Notes: generated from the letters alone by a model not told the origin. 64,000 nucleotides of DNA from Lingula anatina (GCA_051362555.1 CM120641.1:32184401-32248400), one strand, 5' to 3'; shown: positions 1-32,300, counted from the first letter of the stretch. Made by a program: numbers and translations.

Positions 1-151
1 TTGTCGCTTTAAAACCTGAAGTAATCAAAATGTGTAGAAAATGACTACAACCAGTTTTGAAAAGTAAACATATAATAAAAACTGATTCATGTTTTGGCAC
101 TACAGAGTAGTTGACTTACTACCAGTGCTGGATGTCTATTAAACAACTAAT

Positions 152-2404
152 CAAGAAGTTATAATGAGAAGGAGTAGAAACGGGACATCAATTATCTCTC
201 TCGTCCAATCAGATCGCAGCATTCTTTTCAAAGCGGCGTCCTTTGAAATTCGATCCTCGTAACTGGTCTAATCCTCCGCTCGCCTCCGCGTGACTCAAGA
301 CGGAGAAGCTGAACCAGTGCGTATACGTCTTGATTTATTCATGTTTAATGCGAATATTTGGAAGTTATACTTAGAAAGACGCCAAGTCGAGCGATATAAA
401 GGTGAGTGAGAGTTGATAATCTGCTTTGAGCATTGTTTTATGTTCATACGGTGGCTGTCAGTCAAATTTGTCAGTGCAGAAAGCAGCGTTAGTTCGAAGA
501 TCTGAGGCCGATTCAGCGGGACCTCCATGTTTAGGACTTTTTTCTTCTTAAGTGCGTGATGTATGCACATAATTTATGTTTTTCTGGTTAGTTAAGCACG
601 TGCATCATTACAATACATCCCTTTAGTATTAAATGAGTCAATCCTTTAGATGAAAAACATCGTTTCAAATAGACAACTTTTCATCCTATTTTTTCAAAAT
701 GGCGGGTCCCTAAATTGGTTAGAGACAGTTGGGTGACAGTTTGGGACAATTTTTGGTAATTTTAACGTGGTGTATGCAGATAATTTATGTTTTTCTGGTT
801 AGTTAAGCACGTGCACCATTACAATACATCATAGTGATATTAAATGAGTCAATCCTTTAGATGAAAAACATCGTTTCAAATAGACAACTTTTCATCCGAC
901 TTTTTCAAAATGGCGGGTTCCTTAAATTGGTTAGAGACAGTTGGGTGACAGTTTGGGACAATTTTTGCTAATTTTAACGTGGTGTAAGCACATAATTTAT
1001 GTTTTTCTGGTTAGTTAAGCACGTGCACCATTACAATATAACATTGTGATATTAAATGAATCAATCCTTTAGATGAAAAACATCATTTCAAATAAACAAC
1101 TTTTCATGGGACTTTTTCAAAATGGTGGGTCCAAAATTTGATGACAGGGAACTCTCGGAATTTTTTCAATTTTTCATTGCAATATGATGTTTGCAGAGTT
1201 TCGTTTAGGATATAGAGTTATATTTTGTAATGAATTCCGCACTTACTCATTTCAGGTTGAAGAGAATGCAGGTGAAAGATCTTTAGTTTTGCTGGCAGAT
1301 GTACATGTAGCCATAATTGAACAGTCAAAATGATTGTTTCCAGCAGCAACTTGATGAGGCACAAGGCTCTGTTTTCTTACCACCACTAATATTAAACTAT
1401 AGTGCACAAGAGGTGCAAGTTTTAAAAGGGAATTTAGTGGTCCAAGTTTTAAAAGGGAATTTAGTGTTCACTGGCTAATTGTCTAAAGTATAAAATAAAA
1501 TAATCACCACATCAAAATAAAAACTAACCATTTTTGTATTGCTTTAATCACTGTTGGGTGTAACAATATTGATATATTTTCATTGCTGGTACTTTGTTTT
1601 AGATAATATACAAGTTGCTCGAATGTTGAAATAAAGCAATATCAATCAATAAAAATATTTCTTTGTTTTTTTCTTCTAATGAATTTAAACTATCAGTCTA
1701 CTATTAGTTGGCCTCATGTAATAGACAAAGATATAAACAAAAATATGTATTGATGAAATTTCATTTAGAATCATACTAAGTGCAAAAACTTATTTACATT
1801 TCCCAAATTTTCCTGTTTAAGCTCTACCTGGTATATAAGCAATAATGTGCCAAAAAAGAAAGAAACGAGGCTGGCATACGGAAATTGCAAGTACTACTGT
1901 TTTGTGTACACGGCTGTGAATTGAATGTGTCATTCCTAGATGAAGGTAAATTTCCTTTACACGCCTTTACACGACAAAAATAATTTAAAATAAATATGAG
2001 ACTTCTACAGGTGCAAATTTTAGCGTTGAAGGTGGGTTTGTGAAATTGTTCTCATACATTCTTGATGTGAAACTAAATTTTGTATAACTGATCGGCTCTA
2101 GATCAAATGAAGGTGTATCTTGCATAATTTGAGTTTTATTTCCCGAAATGGTTGCGTCCAGGCTTGAAATCTCTCTCTACACCTTTCTGTAATCCCACCA
2201 TGTTTTCTCTGTGAGATTATTAGAGACTTCGCGAGGCTTTATCCCAATTGGCTGAAGCAACCCACGTGAATGGTCTTTTGAATATGTATTAGGCACAAGC
2301 TCTCCCTAAGACCACAAGCTGGGTAATTATTAGGATTAAGCCCGTTACGAGGATAGGATGAAAGGAAACCCCTTGTTTCTACTCCTTCTCATTATAACTT
2401 CTTG
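152..2404. mobile_element. Non-autonomous DNA transposon, P-element-like (2.25 kb)
   Basis: Perfect 30-bp TIRs CAAGAAGTTATAATGAGAAGGAGTAGAAAC (152-181, reverse complement at 2375-2404). 7-bp TSD AACTAAT (145-151 and 2405-2411). Internal inverted motif 253-275 vs 2332-2354 (20/23). No transposase ORF. CA...TG ends with a 7-8 bp TSD fit the P superfamily (inference). Confidence 0.85.
560..1135. repeat. ~211-bp tandem repeat (~2.7 copies) inside the P-like element
   Basis: Unit ATAATTTATGTTTTTCTGGTTAGTTAAGCACGTGCA...TTTTCAAAATGGCGGG recurs at ~569, ~780 and ~992. Confidence 0.9.
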
Positions 2405-2998
2405 AACTAATAAAGGAAGGTAGTGGATTGCTTACACTGGCAACTGCTTCAACAGACCCACATGCCAAGAATGCCCTTTTCTTTCTTTAAGCATTAATTA
2501 AGACCTACTTCTTGTTGCCTTGGTGAGTAATGAAAAAAATTTTGCACCCTGTAGTGGCTATTATATCCATGGCAACTGAACAAAACATGCTGTTTGCTTA
2601 CTCCAAATGTGGTATCAGGAGAACATGCCAACCAGGTGCCAGTTCCTTTGTTGTGAAGTTTTTTTGTCTCCTTATATTTGAAAGGAAAAATAATATATAT
2701 ATTTTTTTTTCTTGTACATTTTATCATATTGTAATGACTCTGACTTTATATCACGCAAGATGAATGCATAATTTGTCAGAATAAATTGAAAATATTGAAA
2801 AAGGAACTGTTAAGCTCAGTTGATTCTGCTTTGAATGTGTATTCTTAAAAAAAAGAGTAAAAGGCCTCTAAAGACTTCCTGACTCCCATGAAAAATGAAA
2901 ATTTACTCAGAAAAATAACTGATGTTAAACTTAATAGTATTCCTTAACCTATCAACTATTAACCAGTCCATACTTGTTTTTTCTTCAGATAGATCATC

Positions 2999-20303
<17,305 letters not shown>

Positions 20304-23300
20304 ACACCTGGCCAGCACATCCACACACATGAAGTCCTTGTTATTGCTGCATGATCTTAGGAGTTAGATTGTGAGCATTGGTCTTAGCCCCAGCCTGCTG
20401 AGATTGGATGTGTGTAGTCTCAGACCTGCCATAGACACAGCGGGGAAAATTACTTTTTATTTATTTATGTGATTTTTTGTGTCAACTTTCGTATTTAACA
20501 GTCAGTTGTAGTAGTATTGAACATTGGCAGTAAATGTTGCCTGCAACAGGTCATTTTTATTGTCATATTCATGTTGTCATAATAATGCATTCAACAGAAG
20601 AAAACTGTAGCCTTGAGGATGGGTAATGGTCACCGATGTGTATGATATGCAGTTGTTCAAACTGTTGAGTAAAAGAAAGATTTGGTGAGTGAATGAATTT
20701 TGTATTTATGGCAGGTACATAAGGTGTGGCCAAAATGTGGAGACATTGTGCAGTAAAAAAAAATATTATGCCATTTTTGTGGAATACACATAAAATGATC
20801 AGGGGGTCAAAAGATGTACAGATGCAGTCCATAGAATATTTAAATGGTTACTCCCATTGCTGTCTAGTATTACATATAGTTGCTAGCGGGCTTCTTCATT
20901 GTGCATGAAAACATGTTGTACTTCCATTATAAGTAACCTGAGCTGATCGTTGTACAACTCTGGTGGAAACGGAGGGGAGACGAGAAGCATTATAATAGAC
21001 AATCTGATTGGATGATTGCAGTAAAAATTAGTAAAACACAAGGGTGTTCTTGGAAAGATCATCTCTAAACAAAGTGGATTTGACAGGACTGCAAATGACA
21101 TTTTAAGAGAGAAATGGGTAATTATATTATTTTGTGTTACCTGGAAAAGGACTGAAATTGTAAGAGAATACTGACAGATTGGTTTTACATATATACGCAT
21201 GCATTTTTTAATGAAATGATAAACATAGAAATGACGGCTCTTTTAAGCCTTTCATGTTAACATTTGTAAAGAGAGGGGCAGAAACCTTGTGTTTTCAGTT
21301 TATTGAACTTATATTAAAGCAATATGGGTGACTAATGATCATGTCTACCTTTTCTGTAAAAGATGTACAGACCTTGTATTAGTTCAGTGACTTAATAATA
21401 TATATATATATTAAGATTTGAGGAGGAAATATTTTAGTGTTACAAGAATAGAAATGCCACAATTTCATTCATTTTCATAAAATATTAGAAAATGTGCAAG
21501 TGATAGGAGGAAAGTATTTTTGTTTGTATGTAGAAGTACATTCAAAGTGAAGACATCATGCCGGACTTGGAGAAGATCAACATAATGTAATATAATGTGT
21601 ACATTTTGAGTATTAGTTTTAGAAAAGAAAGTTTTAACTTCCATCAAGGTTAATAGATGTAGATAGTTAGTAGATGGTAATATTATATAATATATGCAGT
21701 AAGCCTCTCCTGACATATCAAATAAAAACCTCGTTCTTATCATGGGCTTGTCCAGCTAGGTCACAATGCAGCTGAACATTAGAAGTCCATATTTGGAAAA
21801 GGGGCAACGCATCTAAACGTCCAGCTAAAGTGATACTTAAAGTGATGCTGAATTTCCATCCTGCAAGTGATTTTAATAGGGAAAATCTATTTTGTCTACC
21901 AACCTTATGCTATATAGATTTTTTTTAAATTAATTTTTTTTAATCACCAGAAAGTGTGTTTGATGAAAAGGTCCAAATGGGAAATGAAAGTATTTTTCAT
22001 TGTAAATTGTATGATATTGTTTGACATATTACTTTTCTGACCATATTTGGATTTGATATTACAAGAGACTATGGTTTCAGTTAAATAGTCTTCTTGAAGT
22101 TTTTTTGTCTGGATGACAACAAAGAGGTTTCCTGTAAATGTACTTGTTCATCAGTGAACATATACCCTGCTTATTAGAAGGAGAAAACAACTGCCGTGGT
22201 ACCTGGAATGTTGCCGCTGAGTTAAATGTGAACGATACGTCATTGGAGGCTACAATTTATCAGTTACGAGACCTATTGTGTTACATTGATATTGATATAA
22301 TTTCACTTGATCGGTGGGGGATATCTGGTAGAGATCAACAGATCACGCCGTTTTGCCTGGTATGGTATTGGTTGATAATTCGTAAGGTATTTCCATGGAT
22401 TCGCATATCATTTTATAGCTTTGGCTTCTAGAAAGGTGTCCATTTACATTGTGGCAAGAATGGACCGCCGTGCCGTGCCCACCCATGAACTGGACTTGTC
22501 GTATCTATTTATTTATTTTAGCTAGTGACAGTCAGAATATACCTATTGACCCTGGCACATGCCCCAGTACGAATCGGTCATTTTGTTGCATTCCCCAATT
22601 AGTTTGGGAAGTGGGATTTCAATTGAACGTCTTAGTGCTGCGTTGGGAAGCCCCTGGAAAAGTCGGTAAGGTTGATAGAGATGTTGGGTTTCTCTAATGC
22701 TCAGAGGATTAATTAATTCCGCGCCCCCGCCTCCTCCTCCCACAGGTTTTAATACCATGTATAATATCGACGAAAGCTTCCCCTTTTGTGTATTCCAAAG
22801 TGCATATTTGTACTTTACCAATGTAGTATAGTACACCATTGCATGTGTTTATATGATGTATGATTGCATGTATGTATGATTGATTCGCGCGTGAACTACT
22901 TGTCGTTTCACAGTAAAACTGCAGTTTTAATATGTTAAGGGACGGCTCTGCACACGATCTGCCACTTTCAGTGACAGCATCGGAAAGCTATTATCAGAAT
23001 TAAAATTACCCAGGGAAATATCTGACCGACTTCTACCTTACGCTGAAGGGATGACTTGCCGGCTTCTGTACTAATAAATGCATTTTGATACCGAAAAAGA
23101 ATCTGTCATAATCCATTTGTATACTATTTATGTATTTTCGAGTTTATAATGATAATGATAACAATAACCTCTAGCGGTGCATGGATTCTAGAACGTAGAA
23201 ACTCGTTTAATATATTAAGCCACGGTAGACATTTAAAATGCTTGATATTTTATTACATCTATATTGTATTTACAGATCTTTTACAAATACAGATAATATT

Positions 23301-24270
23301 GCAGATCATCTTGTTTGTTTTTATTATTCTTTTGTAAGCTGATTTGACTTGGAAACTTGTAGGTCATGGAAATGATATTATGTTAAATTTATCGTGTATT
23401 TTGACAATACTAATAGTAGGGCGTCAATTACTTCCAAAATATGACCTGTGCAACCAACCAAACAATAAGTCTTCTATTATTCAAAACTTGTAATCATCCA
23501 GGTGTGCCCAACGAAGTTAACAAATAAAGCCATGTTGGTGTTGAATTTCAGAATCGATAGAAATCTATGCTACAATTGTAAAAGGTGGTTAGTGTTGAAA
23601 GATGTGATAAAAAGACTGGATGAATGTAAAATATCAATAACATTAATCGTTTATCACAACCAGACAAAAGCTATCAACATCAGATCTATTTCAAAAGAAT
23701 AATGCGTGGCATTAGTAATTACGCAAACGCGCCGCCTGACCTCGACGTTAGCATAAATAATATATGAACCATTGATTACTTGTGTAGAATACCCTCATCT
23801 ACTGAACTTACGGCTTTATGGGCTCTTTAATTTTCCAGATCTCGAAGTACACACAAGTACACACCAAGTTTGGCTATTGTAGCTCAGTATCCGTAAAACG
23901 TTGCAAGCTAAAACGGTCATATAAAAATACCACCCCAAAAGTTTAAATCGTTTTCTTGGTCATGCTGTAAACAACTACTGACTTCTTTTTTCTGATTCAA
24001 CAATTTATATTTCGCTAGAAAAAAAACTGCTATTACTCGTTACATCAATTTCCGTAAAAATATTCGATTCAGTATCACCCTGAGTTTACAGGGGATAGAA
24101 GACTCGATCTATAACAGCCAGGATACTTTTTGTAACCAAGCATTGGAGCCAAGACTACGAATTGTTGCTGTGCTTGTATGCACTTGAAATATCCAATCAA
24201 TATATTTTTACTATCGTAGTCATCAGCGTTTGAACAGTTCGGCGTTTAATAATGAAAGAACTACATAAAA

Positions 24271-24387
24271 AAACTTTAAAAATGGAAAGAAAACATTGAG
24301 CTCAATTCAGCAAGTTGCGCGCCACCTCTAAACTTTAAAATGGAAAGAAATATATTGACCTCAATTTAACAAGTTGAGCGCCACCTT
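24271..24387. repeat. ~59-bp direct repeat x2 just downstream of the LAMP-like stop codon
   Basis: AAACTTTAAAA(A)TGGAAAGAAA...CAAGTTG.GCGCCACCT occurs twice. Confidence 0.8.
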
Positions 24388-24450
24388 TTGACATAAATCA
24401 TTGCACTGATGGATTAAAAATTCAAAAACATAATGTTCAGCACTTCAGTT

Positions 24451-24804
24451 TTACTCCATAGGTTTATACTGGTTGTTGTTCCTGGCCTTCATGACGAAAT
24501 AAGCGACAATGATGATCAATATAAGCGCCGCTAGCGTCCCAGCCACGGCCACAGGTATAACGTTGTTTTCTGTCATTTTCTTATTTTCTGACACATCAGC
24601 GACACAAACGGTACCTGTGAAGGAAAATGATAAAGAACAAATAAAAAAAAACTTGTCCCCAATGGTTTTATCGACTATATCATAAACAAACTGGGGACGG
24701 TCACTGCGGTGACATAAATACCAGCCCCTAGCGCAGCGTGGATCACAACATGTAGATTAGTGCAATACGTAAAATTTGTGCATGAAATCGGGGTTGGTGG
24801 TTAT

Positions 24805-24840
<36 letters not shown>

Positions 24841-27071
24841 TCACCATCTGGTCCAAAATCCTTTTCAGGAACTTGAAAAGCTTGGACAGTCAGTTCAGAT
24901 AATTGAAGATTTACAGGTTGTGCCGCCTTGAATACGAACTCCAAGTTACTTTGACAGGAATATGGCTGTCCAAAACTGGAGGTGATACTAGTGTTCATCA
25001 GCTGAACGGTCGTTGGGGTACCTGAAAGATTCGTGTCATGGAAAACGTAAAATATCTCGTAGGCAATTTTAAAAGACGCTTGTCGTACGCCTTTCCTAAA
25101 AAATTGTCAAATTTTGGGGAAGAATATTTCTGTTAAAACATAGAATCCTAGCATCTTGGTTTAACATGTTAATGTGAAGTAAAAAAAACTGCATAATCGA
25201 AGCACTAATTATTAAAATGTAATTATGGCTGTTTACACTGCGAAGTAATAATCTTTAACTCTTTACTGAAAACAAATATTCACTTTCATGATGGTTTTAT
25301 ATATTATATTATATTATATTATATTATATTATATTATATTATATTATATTATATTATTAGGCAGCACACTTACTAGTCGAGCTATTTGTAACCACACTGG
25401 GGTCGTAAGTAAGTGCCATAGAAGTCAAGGCCCAAGACTTTTCGGAATCCGCTGACGTCTGCAAAAAGGTATTGCAAGTTCCCTTTTAAAATGGGACTGT
25501 ATGAACTGAAGGTCATTTGCTTGACAATACAATGGTGTTGCTAAATTTGTCATTACTTATTTTTAAAAAAATCTTTCAATAGTGAGGATTCACGTAGCTC
25601 CTCTATCGCTCTCCATCCAAAAAATCAAATACAGTGTATAGTTACGTCCATATCTCCTTAAAACAAAAGACGGGACAGTGAAAAGAACAATAATCGACAC
25701 CAAAACTATAAATGAAATTAAAGAAGCAACTATAAAAGAAATCAACCTGAAACAGGTTATTTTAAGAAATTCCTCACCAACCTTTACTTCAAACGAAAGG
25801 TTGAACTGATATCCTTTCGCCCATGATAAAGTCATCGTAGCCCTGGTCTCTGAGCATTCTCCGCCTACCTTGCTACTTTTAGGCACAGTTACTGTGGCGT
25901 TCTGCATCTTAAAAAATTACAACAAAAATTTAATTCCATTGAAATAAAAAATATTTTTCAGTCTCAAATCTCAAAAGCATGCCCTGTGAATATATTGCTG
26001 GACTTCAGATCGTTTCCTTATATTACTAGCAATAGGCAAGGGCTTACTGATAATGGATATGAATTTCCAGTAACCAGTTCTGTAACTCAGGTGTTCATAC
26101 TTCTCAGATAATAAACGAGCACAGCGTCCATCATGTCTGAATCCTTTTCTGGGCATTTTTACAGATAAAAGTTGCGACCGAAGACAACAATTCCTCTGAA
26201 CACTATATCCTCTTTGGTTCACACAAGTCAACATGCAACAAAACGATTGTAGCCTTTACTAACGGAAACTAATAAATTAAACATACCACTATTTCCCCTT
26301 ATTATTTGCAGGTGCACCAATGAAACTGTTACCTGTTCTACTTTCAAGCGAGTTGAACAATAATTTAGAAGCAATTTTCTCGATTTTGTGCTTAAGGCTT
26401 TTACTGAGACGTAGGGTTATTTTTACCAAATATGATTTTCGTTTTTCTTTGGGCAGGTCGTCTGATCTAACACATTGTAGCTGCTGTAGACAGTCCACAT
26501 ACAGTAAAAAATCTAAATGAATAATTACACCAAAATGTTTGCATTTTTTCATTTTTTTTATTCTCGTTTTCATTCTCGTCAGCAATGTTAGCAATATACT
26601 CAATTTGCTTACCGTCGTCTGCTCCTTTGCCTTGTAAGTAATGGCGAAAACTGCTGTCATGGTGGCTCTCACACATACGGTATCATTTGGCCATTTCAGT
26701 TCGTAGAATCCATTGAACGGTTTGGCGGTTGTAGACGGTTTGGCGGTTGTAGTTTCTAGTTATGAAAGACATATACATTAATAAGTCATCAATAAGTCCA
26801 AAGCCAACACTGAGCCAAGAATCCAGTACTCGTAGGCTATGCTGGATGTTAGTCAAAACTTAAATATGTCTTTTTTACTTGTAAATAAATAATTTTTTTC
26901 TACAATACCTCTGCGCCAAACTGGAATATTTTAACTATTAGTAAGAGTTGCATATGATGTGTGGCACTGACCACTAAGATCCTAAATATTTGAATATCAA
27001 AGCAGGACGTTCACTTGGTAGCATTGTGTAATAGATCACCTACAGTTAACTAGAAAGGGATGCAACCAAAC

Positions 27072-27118
<47 letters not shown>

Positions 27119-27284
27119 GTATTACCTTGCGGCGTGGAGGTAGACGTCTGGGGGCTCCTGCTAGTAGTCGGGGTGGGAGTCGGAGTCGTGGTGGTGCTCG
27201 TGGGTGAAGGCGCTGTCGAAGTCACTGTTGTTGAAGTTCCATTACTACCTTCTTGGCACAGCACCAGGCTTGTAAAGCAGAGGC
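24451..27284 (-). CDS. LAMP-family type I membrane glycoprotein, LAMP5/UNC-46-like (first exon unresolved)
   Basis: Exons 27126-27284, 26613-26755, 25782-25907, 25374-25458, 24845-25021, 24451-24614; GT-AG and in frame. End of a signal peptide (LCFTSLVLC), Thr/Pro/Ser mucin-like stalk, one LAMP domain with four Cys (TVCV, GECS, YSCQS, TVCV), TM helix IPVAVAGTLAALILIIIVAYFV, short tail ending QYKPME (YxxPhi). A candidate upstream exon at 30914-30947 is uncertain. Confidence 0.85.
25302..25357. repeat. (TATAT)n microsatellite
   Basis: About 11 tandem ATATT units in an intron of the LAMP-like gene. Confidence 0.95.
27074..27117. repeat. (CT)n microsatellite
   Basis: Direct reading; a second (CT)n(CA)n tract lies at ~24805-24840. 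Both start just past minus-strand splice donors. Confidence 0.95.
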
Positions 27285-29221
27285 CTGTTAATAAACACAC
27301 GAAATAGAATTAGCGATCACTTTCCTCGGTGTTAAAGATTAATGTTATGAAAAACATTTCTCAGTTATGCCTTTGTTTATTTACAAGTTTGTCAACATTA
27401 GTTCTCAATAAGGCCTATTTGCAAACCCACAAAATCTTGATCACGCCATACTTAAGTGCTGTTATCAATAATTCGTAATATCATTTGATTACTTGGTCAA
27501 TTAGCTAGAGTAAAATAGTAAAACTAGATGTCTATTTTTCTCACGCATGATTATTTCTCTGACTGGGGCCCATGCTTATCATTTACCGGCTCAGCTCATC
27601 GTCGCTTGTACTCATTGCTTCATACGTCTGCACTGTATAGACGTTGATTTTAACATACCAATCTTTATTATAGGCCATGAGCCAGATCTCTGATTTTCGG
27701 CCATCGATATCAAAAAAGGGAGGATTTGGCAAAGAGATTTTTAGTTAGGTATATGTATGATAGCATTCTCCATCTGGCAGCTTTTTATGTGTTATCAAAC
27801 CTTATATATCCCACACCACCAGCAGTGAGTGCTTTTTTATGGAGGTACTTGCATACATACATATGCACTTGCATACCTCCGCCCCCCCTTAAAGCAAGAT
27901 TGAAATTTCAAACAAATGATAACAAAAAATCATGCTTATCATCATAAAATCCGGTAGCTCATCAAAAGTATCCTAATCGTAAAACTGATCACCTAAGCAT
28001 ATAAGATAAGAGATAAAGGCCAGGAGCAAATGATAAGTATCGTCTGCACTTGATGAGCAGTTCTGCGGGTACAGACACTTGGCATGAAGAGAAGTGATGA
28101 CGGCGTTCTCATCATTTTCACACAGTCAAGACTTCTAACATACATCGTTTCACAAGATTTAATATTTTATAACATTTTAACATCTCTGAGGCCTAGATAA
28201 TTAGGTCGTCATGCGGGTGTAATACTCATGATAAAGGAACATAAATATGTAATGAATGAATTCCACTTCAATGGCTCGTACCAAAAAAGATACATATGTG
28301 ATGGAAGGCCTATTCGATGCTATCAATATGGTTCGGAAATTCAGACACATGAATCATTCAACGCATCTCCCTTATGATTACGATAAAATTGATGCACTTG
28401 TCCCATCCTCCACCGCTTTCATCACAATGTATCCTCTCCACTTTCAAATGAAGATAGATATAGGATCAACTTGCACAGTTTCATATTGTCAAATTTATAC
28501 CCATTACGAAATGTAGACTCCTATTTCGAAATACCCATTGTGTTGTCATTCTCATCCTATACACGATGAAGAGTTTAATATGACTATAAGCAGTACTTGA
28601 ATGAAGTTATATCCGGAAATTTGCGATACAGCAGCTATCATTCAGCAATATTAATATTTCTAATTAAATTAATTGAATATTGTTCCTCTCTAAATCGCGC
28701 TTCATCCTTGTGATTTGTAGAGCACTTGTAGGCCTGTTTCTTGTACAAATGAAAAAAAAAACTAAGCAATGAATGAGATTAGGTCTTTTGTGGGCTTTCT
28801 ATATGCAAATCAAAACATCCTTTATGTAAGATATTTGAATATATCAAATTCTTTTTTTAAGCTCCAATTTACCATTGTACAACCATTGTGACCCTCCTAA
28901 ATCTTTCACTGTCTAATTGTTAGACACGATAAATACAATACAATAGAATACGTGCTTATCATTGAAAAGTGAATGCTATAGCTCAGAAACACTTGCAAAG
29001 GTGAGTTTGCATTTGGCGATTAGACAGTTCTTAAAAGCGAACTAGGGTATCAAGAACAAACTATGGAAAGCGATAGCTGTGTTGCTCACTTGAACGAAGG
29101 GGTGGGTGTGGGGAAAGGGACGTTTTGTTAAGAAACCCCCAGCAGCCCCAGTTCACACAGTGCAATGGCATACAGGGGTATAAGACTGGGTTCCTAGATC
29201 GATACATCTGGATGGTCTAAA

Positions 29222-29373
29222 TCCCTGGGGACTCTCACTAAATTGCTATCAACTAACCGGATTAAAAATCTGTGCCTACTGAATCAGCTAGGGGTGAAGA
29301 TAATTACCCCCTAACAGCGTGACAGACATTAAAGCCGGTTAGTTGATAGCAATTTAGTGAGACTCGCCAGGGA
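29222..29373. mobile_element. MITE-like foldback element (~150 bp)
   Basis: Perfect 28-bp inverted repeat TCTCACTAAATTGCTATCAACTAACCGG (29233-29260 / 29335-29362), extending imperfectly to TCCCTGG...CCAGGGA. TSD not clear. Confidence 0.7.
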
Positions 29374-32300
29374 GATAGATCGATCCAAATATCTGTGGGA
29401 ATGGTCCCTAAGTGGACGTGACGGTAGGTTACGTTCAGTTTATAACCGGTTTCTTTCATCCATGGTTTATCATTTCAAAGACCGCCTTTTTCTCTGGTCT
29501 TTCAGAGATTGTCACGAATAATAGAGTACTGAACTGAAATACAAGGACCCCGAGACAAACTTATAATTATTAAAGCATTGTTCGATATAGAAAAACTGGA
29601 TTAATAGTCACTATTCTGATCTCGTGTCTAACTGTCAATCCATTTCTTGGCAAAAAAAAAAAAAAAAAAACACGCCAACAACCATTATTGAGACAATTCC
29701 TTACAGTTGGAATAAGCAAATGATAGCTTGCTGCCCCTGCTCTGAAAAGAACAGGTTGCAATCTGAACCGAATTAAAAGACAGGTATATTTCGATCCGTG
29801 GATCCGTGCAGATCATATGGCAGTCAATAAGAGGCAAAAACCATGTCAGAAGTTACGTGATGAGATTATCAATAGGATGTTTCATCATAGGAAAGGGGAC
29901 CCGGATGAGTCGGTTTGTATCCTTTAGATAGATTCAAATGAGTAAAGGTAAAATCATTTACCCTGACCCCCCACCATGCTGCCCATTTTACAAAAGTAAT
30001 TACGTAGAGTAGTGGCAAGTGCCAGTACCATTTACTGTAGAATAATATCTATCTATTTATCTATCAATCTTTCTGTCTATTTATCTTTCTATCTTTGTCT
30101 TCCTTCTCTTTGAGTTAAAACGTCGTAACACGTGTACCCATCATTATTGGGCTCATTTCCCACCGAGCCTAAGTACAAAACTGCCATCATATCTTTACAA
30201 GTTTATCTAGGATTTTGAAGCGAGATTGCTTTTCACAAAAGGTCACTGCATGAGTTTCTCTTGTACGACCCCCAGTCCAATCTGAATAATAAAATATTCA
30301 GACATGAACAAATTATGGATAATATGTCCATGATTCAGAGTAGACAACAGGGAAAGACGCATGCAGTCGATATGTGCCCTCTAGTCCGAGGTTAAGACAA
30401 CTGAAATTCACTTATAGCATTCTCTCCCATTCTCATATGCGTTGTAAAACCAGGAAAATATCTCTCCTGTACATGTCTTTCACCATGGACGAAGAAAACG
30501 ATTTACTCGTCCGTGCGAGCACTGACTATATTAATATAACAGACCGAAGTAGTCACAAATGTTACATTATTTATGAAATTAATCGAAAATCGATCATAAA
30601 TTCAACAGCAGAAATTTGACCCTTGTTGATTATACTGGTAATAAAGAGTGGTAAACAATGTCGCTGTACGTAACGTGTGATTTTTATGCGGCCTTTGAAA
30701 GTTCATTTTCTCCAAACACAGTCAAAGACTATAAACGCCGCCATAGTATTTTAGTTGACATTGATAAATTTGAGTTGACTCTGTAACCCTGCTTATCTCA
30801 TGGTGACTTTTTTCTGTTACTTATAACTCCATCTGTTCTCTTAACTATAACTTTCTATTTCACTACGTATCATATAAATACACAATCATGAAGAAATTAA
30901 GGCTATACCTCACCTGAGTAGCATTCTACAAATTGAAATTGAAACATACGCACAAGGTACGCAGTTATCGTACCTGTGTAACCTTAACTTAACAACAACA
31001 ACAACAACTGGTATATATTTTCTAAACTGGGTATTTCATCCTTAGCACACACATAGTACGCGGGATGGCTGAAATAACGAGAGAAACTAACAGTAAATCC
31101 CACTCCTAAGTCACCCTTAGGTTCTGAGCTACAAGGTACAAGCAGGATCTTAGATTTGTAGGTGACGAGAGAACAACAGACCATCTTTCTAACGCTGATC
31201 TGCAGTCCTCATACCTTGTTAACTCACCTGTCCTACCAATGCCCCGTTCATAGATTCAGATTTAGTTCTACGTACCTAATAACAAGATTAAAGACTCCTT
31301 CTCTCCGGTCATTTTGATGTAGGGTCTTTCCTCTTTCCTGTTGATTAAGTCGTCTCGATCGTCTCGTGCGACCGTCCCCACACCGATTCTAGGTCACAAC
31401 GATTCACGCACCAGCGATGACGTTGTGGAATAATGTTAACCAGCGGGGCTTTCTCTTTGGTGACTAAACAGCTGACACGAAGAGCACTTGTATACATATG
31501 CAGAGACACACAGCATAGATCCGATAGTTCTGCTAGAGATCGAGATATAAGATGACGCCTATTGTATTGTCATTCTAATTTCCCGAGTATAAATCAATTT
31601 TCGTGGTGTATTAAACAGACGCGTAGTGTGTGTAATGATCAATTATTGGACGACCCGCCGCTCTTTGTTAATATTAATCAAAACAATGGTGTCTTGTGTG
31701 TGGTCTTGTATTTGCACATGAATTGCTGTAGATGTGAGTAAGTAGGGGTCAGGTACATTCGCTGCGGTGGATAAGATTTTTTTCCGAGAGAGAGAGAGAG
31801 AAAAAGAGAGAGAGAGAAAGAGAGGATGTGATGCGCTTTTCAAATGCAGAAATATTAACTTTGCAAAACTTTGCAATATTTTATATTTTTCTAAAGAAGG
31901 GGTATTCAGAGAGCAACGGAAGAATTTTTTCCCACATCATTACTTCTCCTTCAGAAGCGTGTAAACAGAAAACTATTTTCGTTATGGAGTTTAGGTAACA
32001 TCTACCGGTATATTGCGTTATATTTCAATCATGTCATAGGTGTCAAGTTTTTTATTCATATACCAAGATTTTGTAAGTACTAGAAAATATTATCGCCACC
32101 TTGGGAAATCTGTCCATTGTATAAGAAATACGGTGCTAACATTTCAGTCATAAGTCCATTTTTGGTTTCTATACAGTTTAAGAGAAATCACTTGGAACAG
32201 GCATGTTTTTATGCCATGGGAGATGTTTTTGAATATAGCTCTATGAATTAAATATGATGCAGACATAATCAATCAGCAGACACGTATATGCAGGGGAAAC

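Noticed and set aside
22138-22839. GC-richer patch with short ORFs between PAK and the LAMP-like gene
   Set aside because: Only weak terminal similarity, no TSD or protein motif; probably an old repeat that cannot be classified by eye.
27992-28110. Hydrophobic minus-strand frame as the LAMP signal-peptide exon
   Set aside because: No in-frame ATG before an upstream stop, and the donor (GTGATC) is weak; the first exon is left unresolved.
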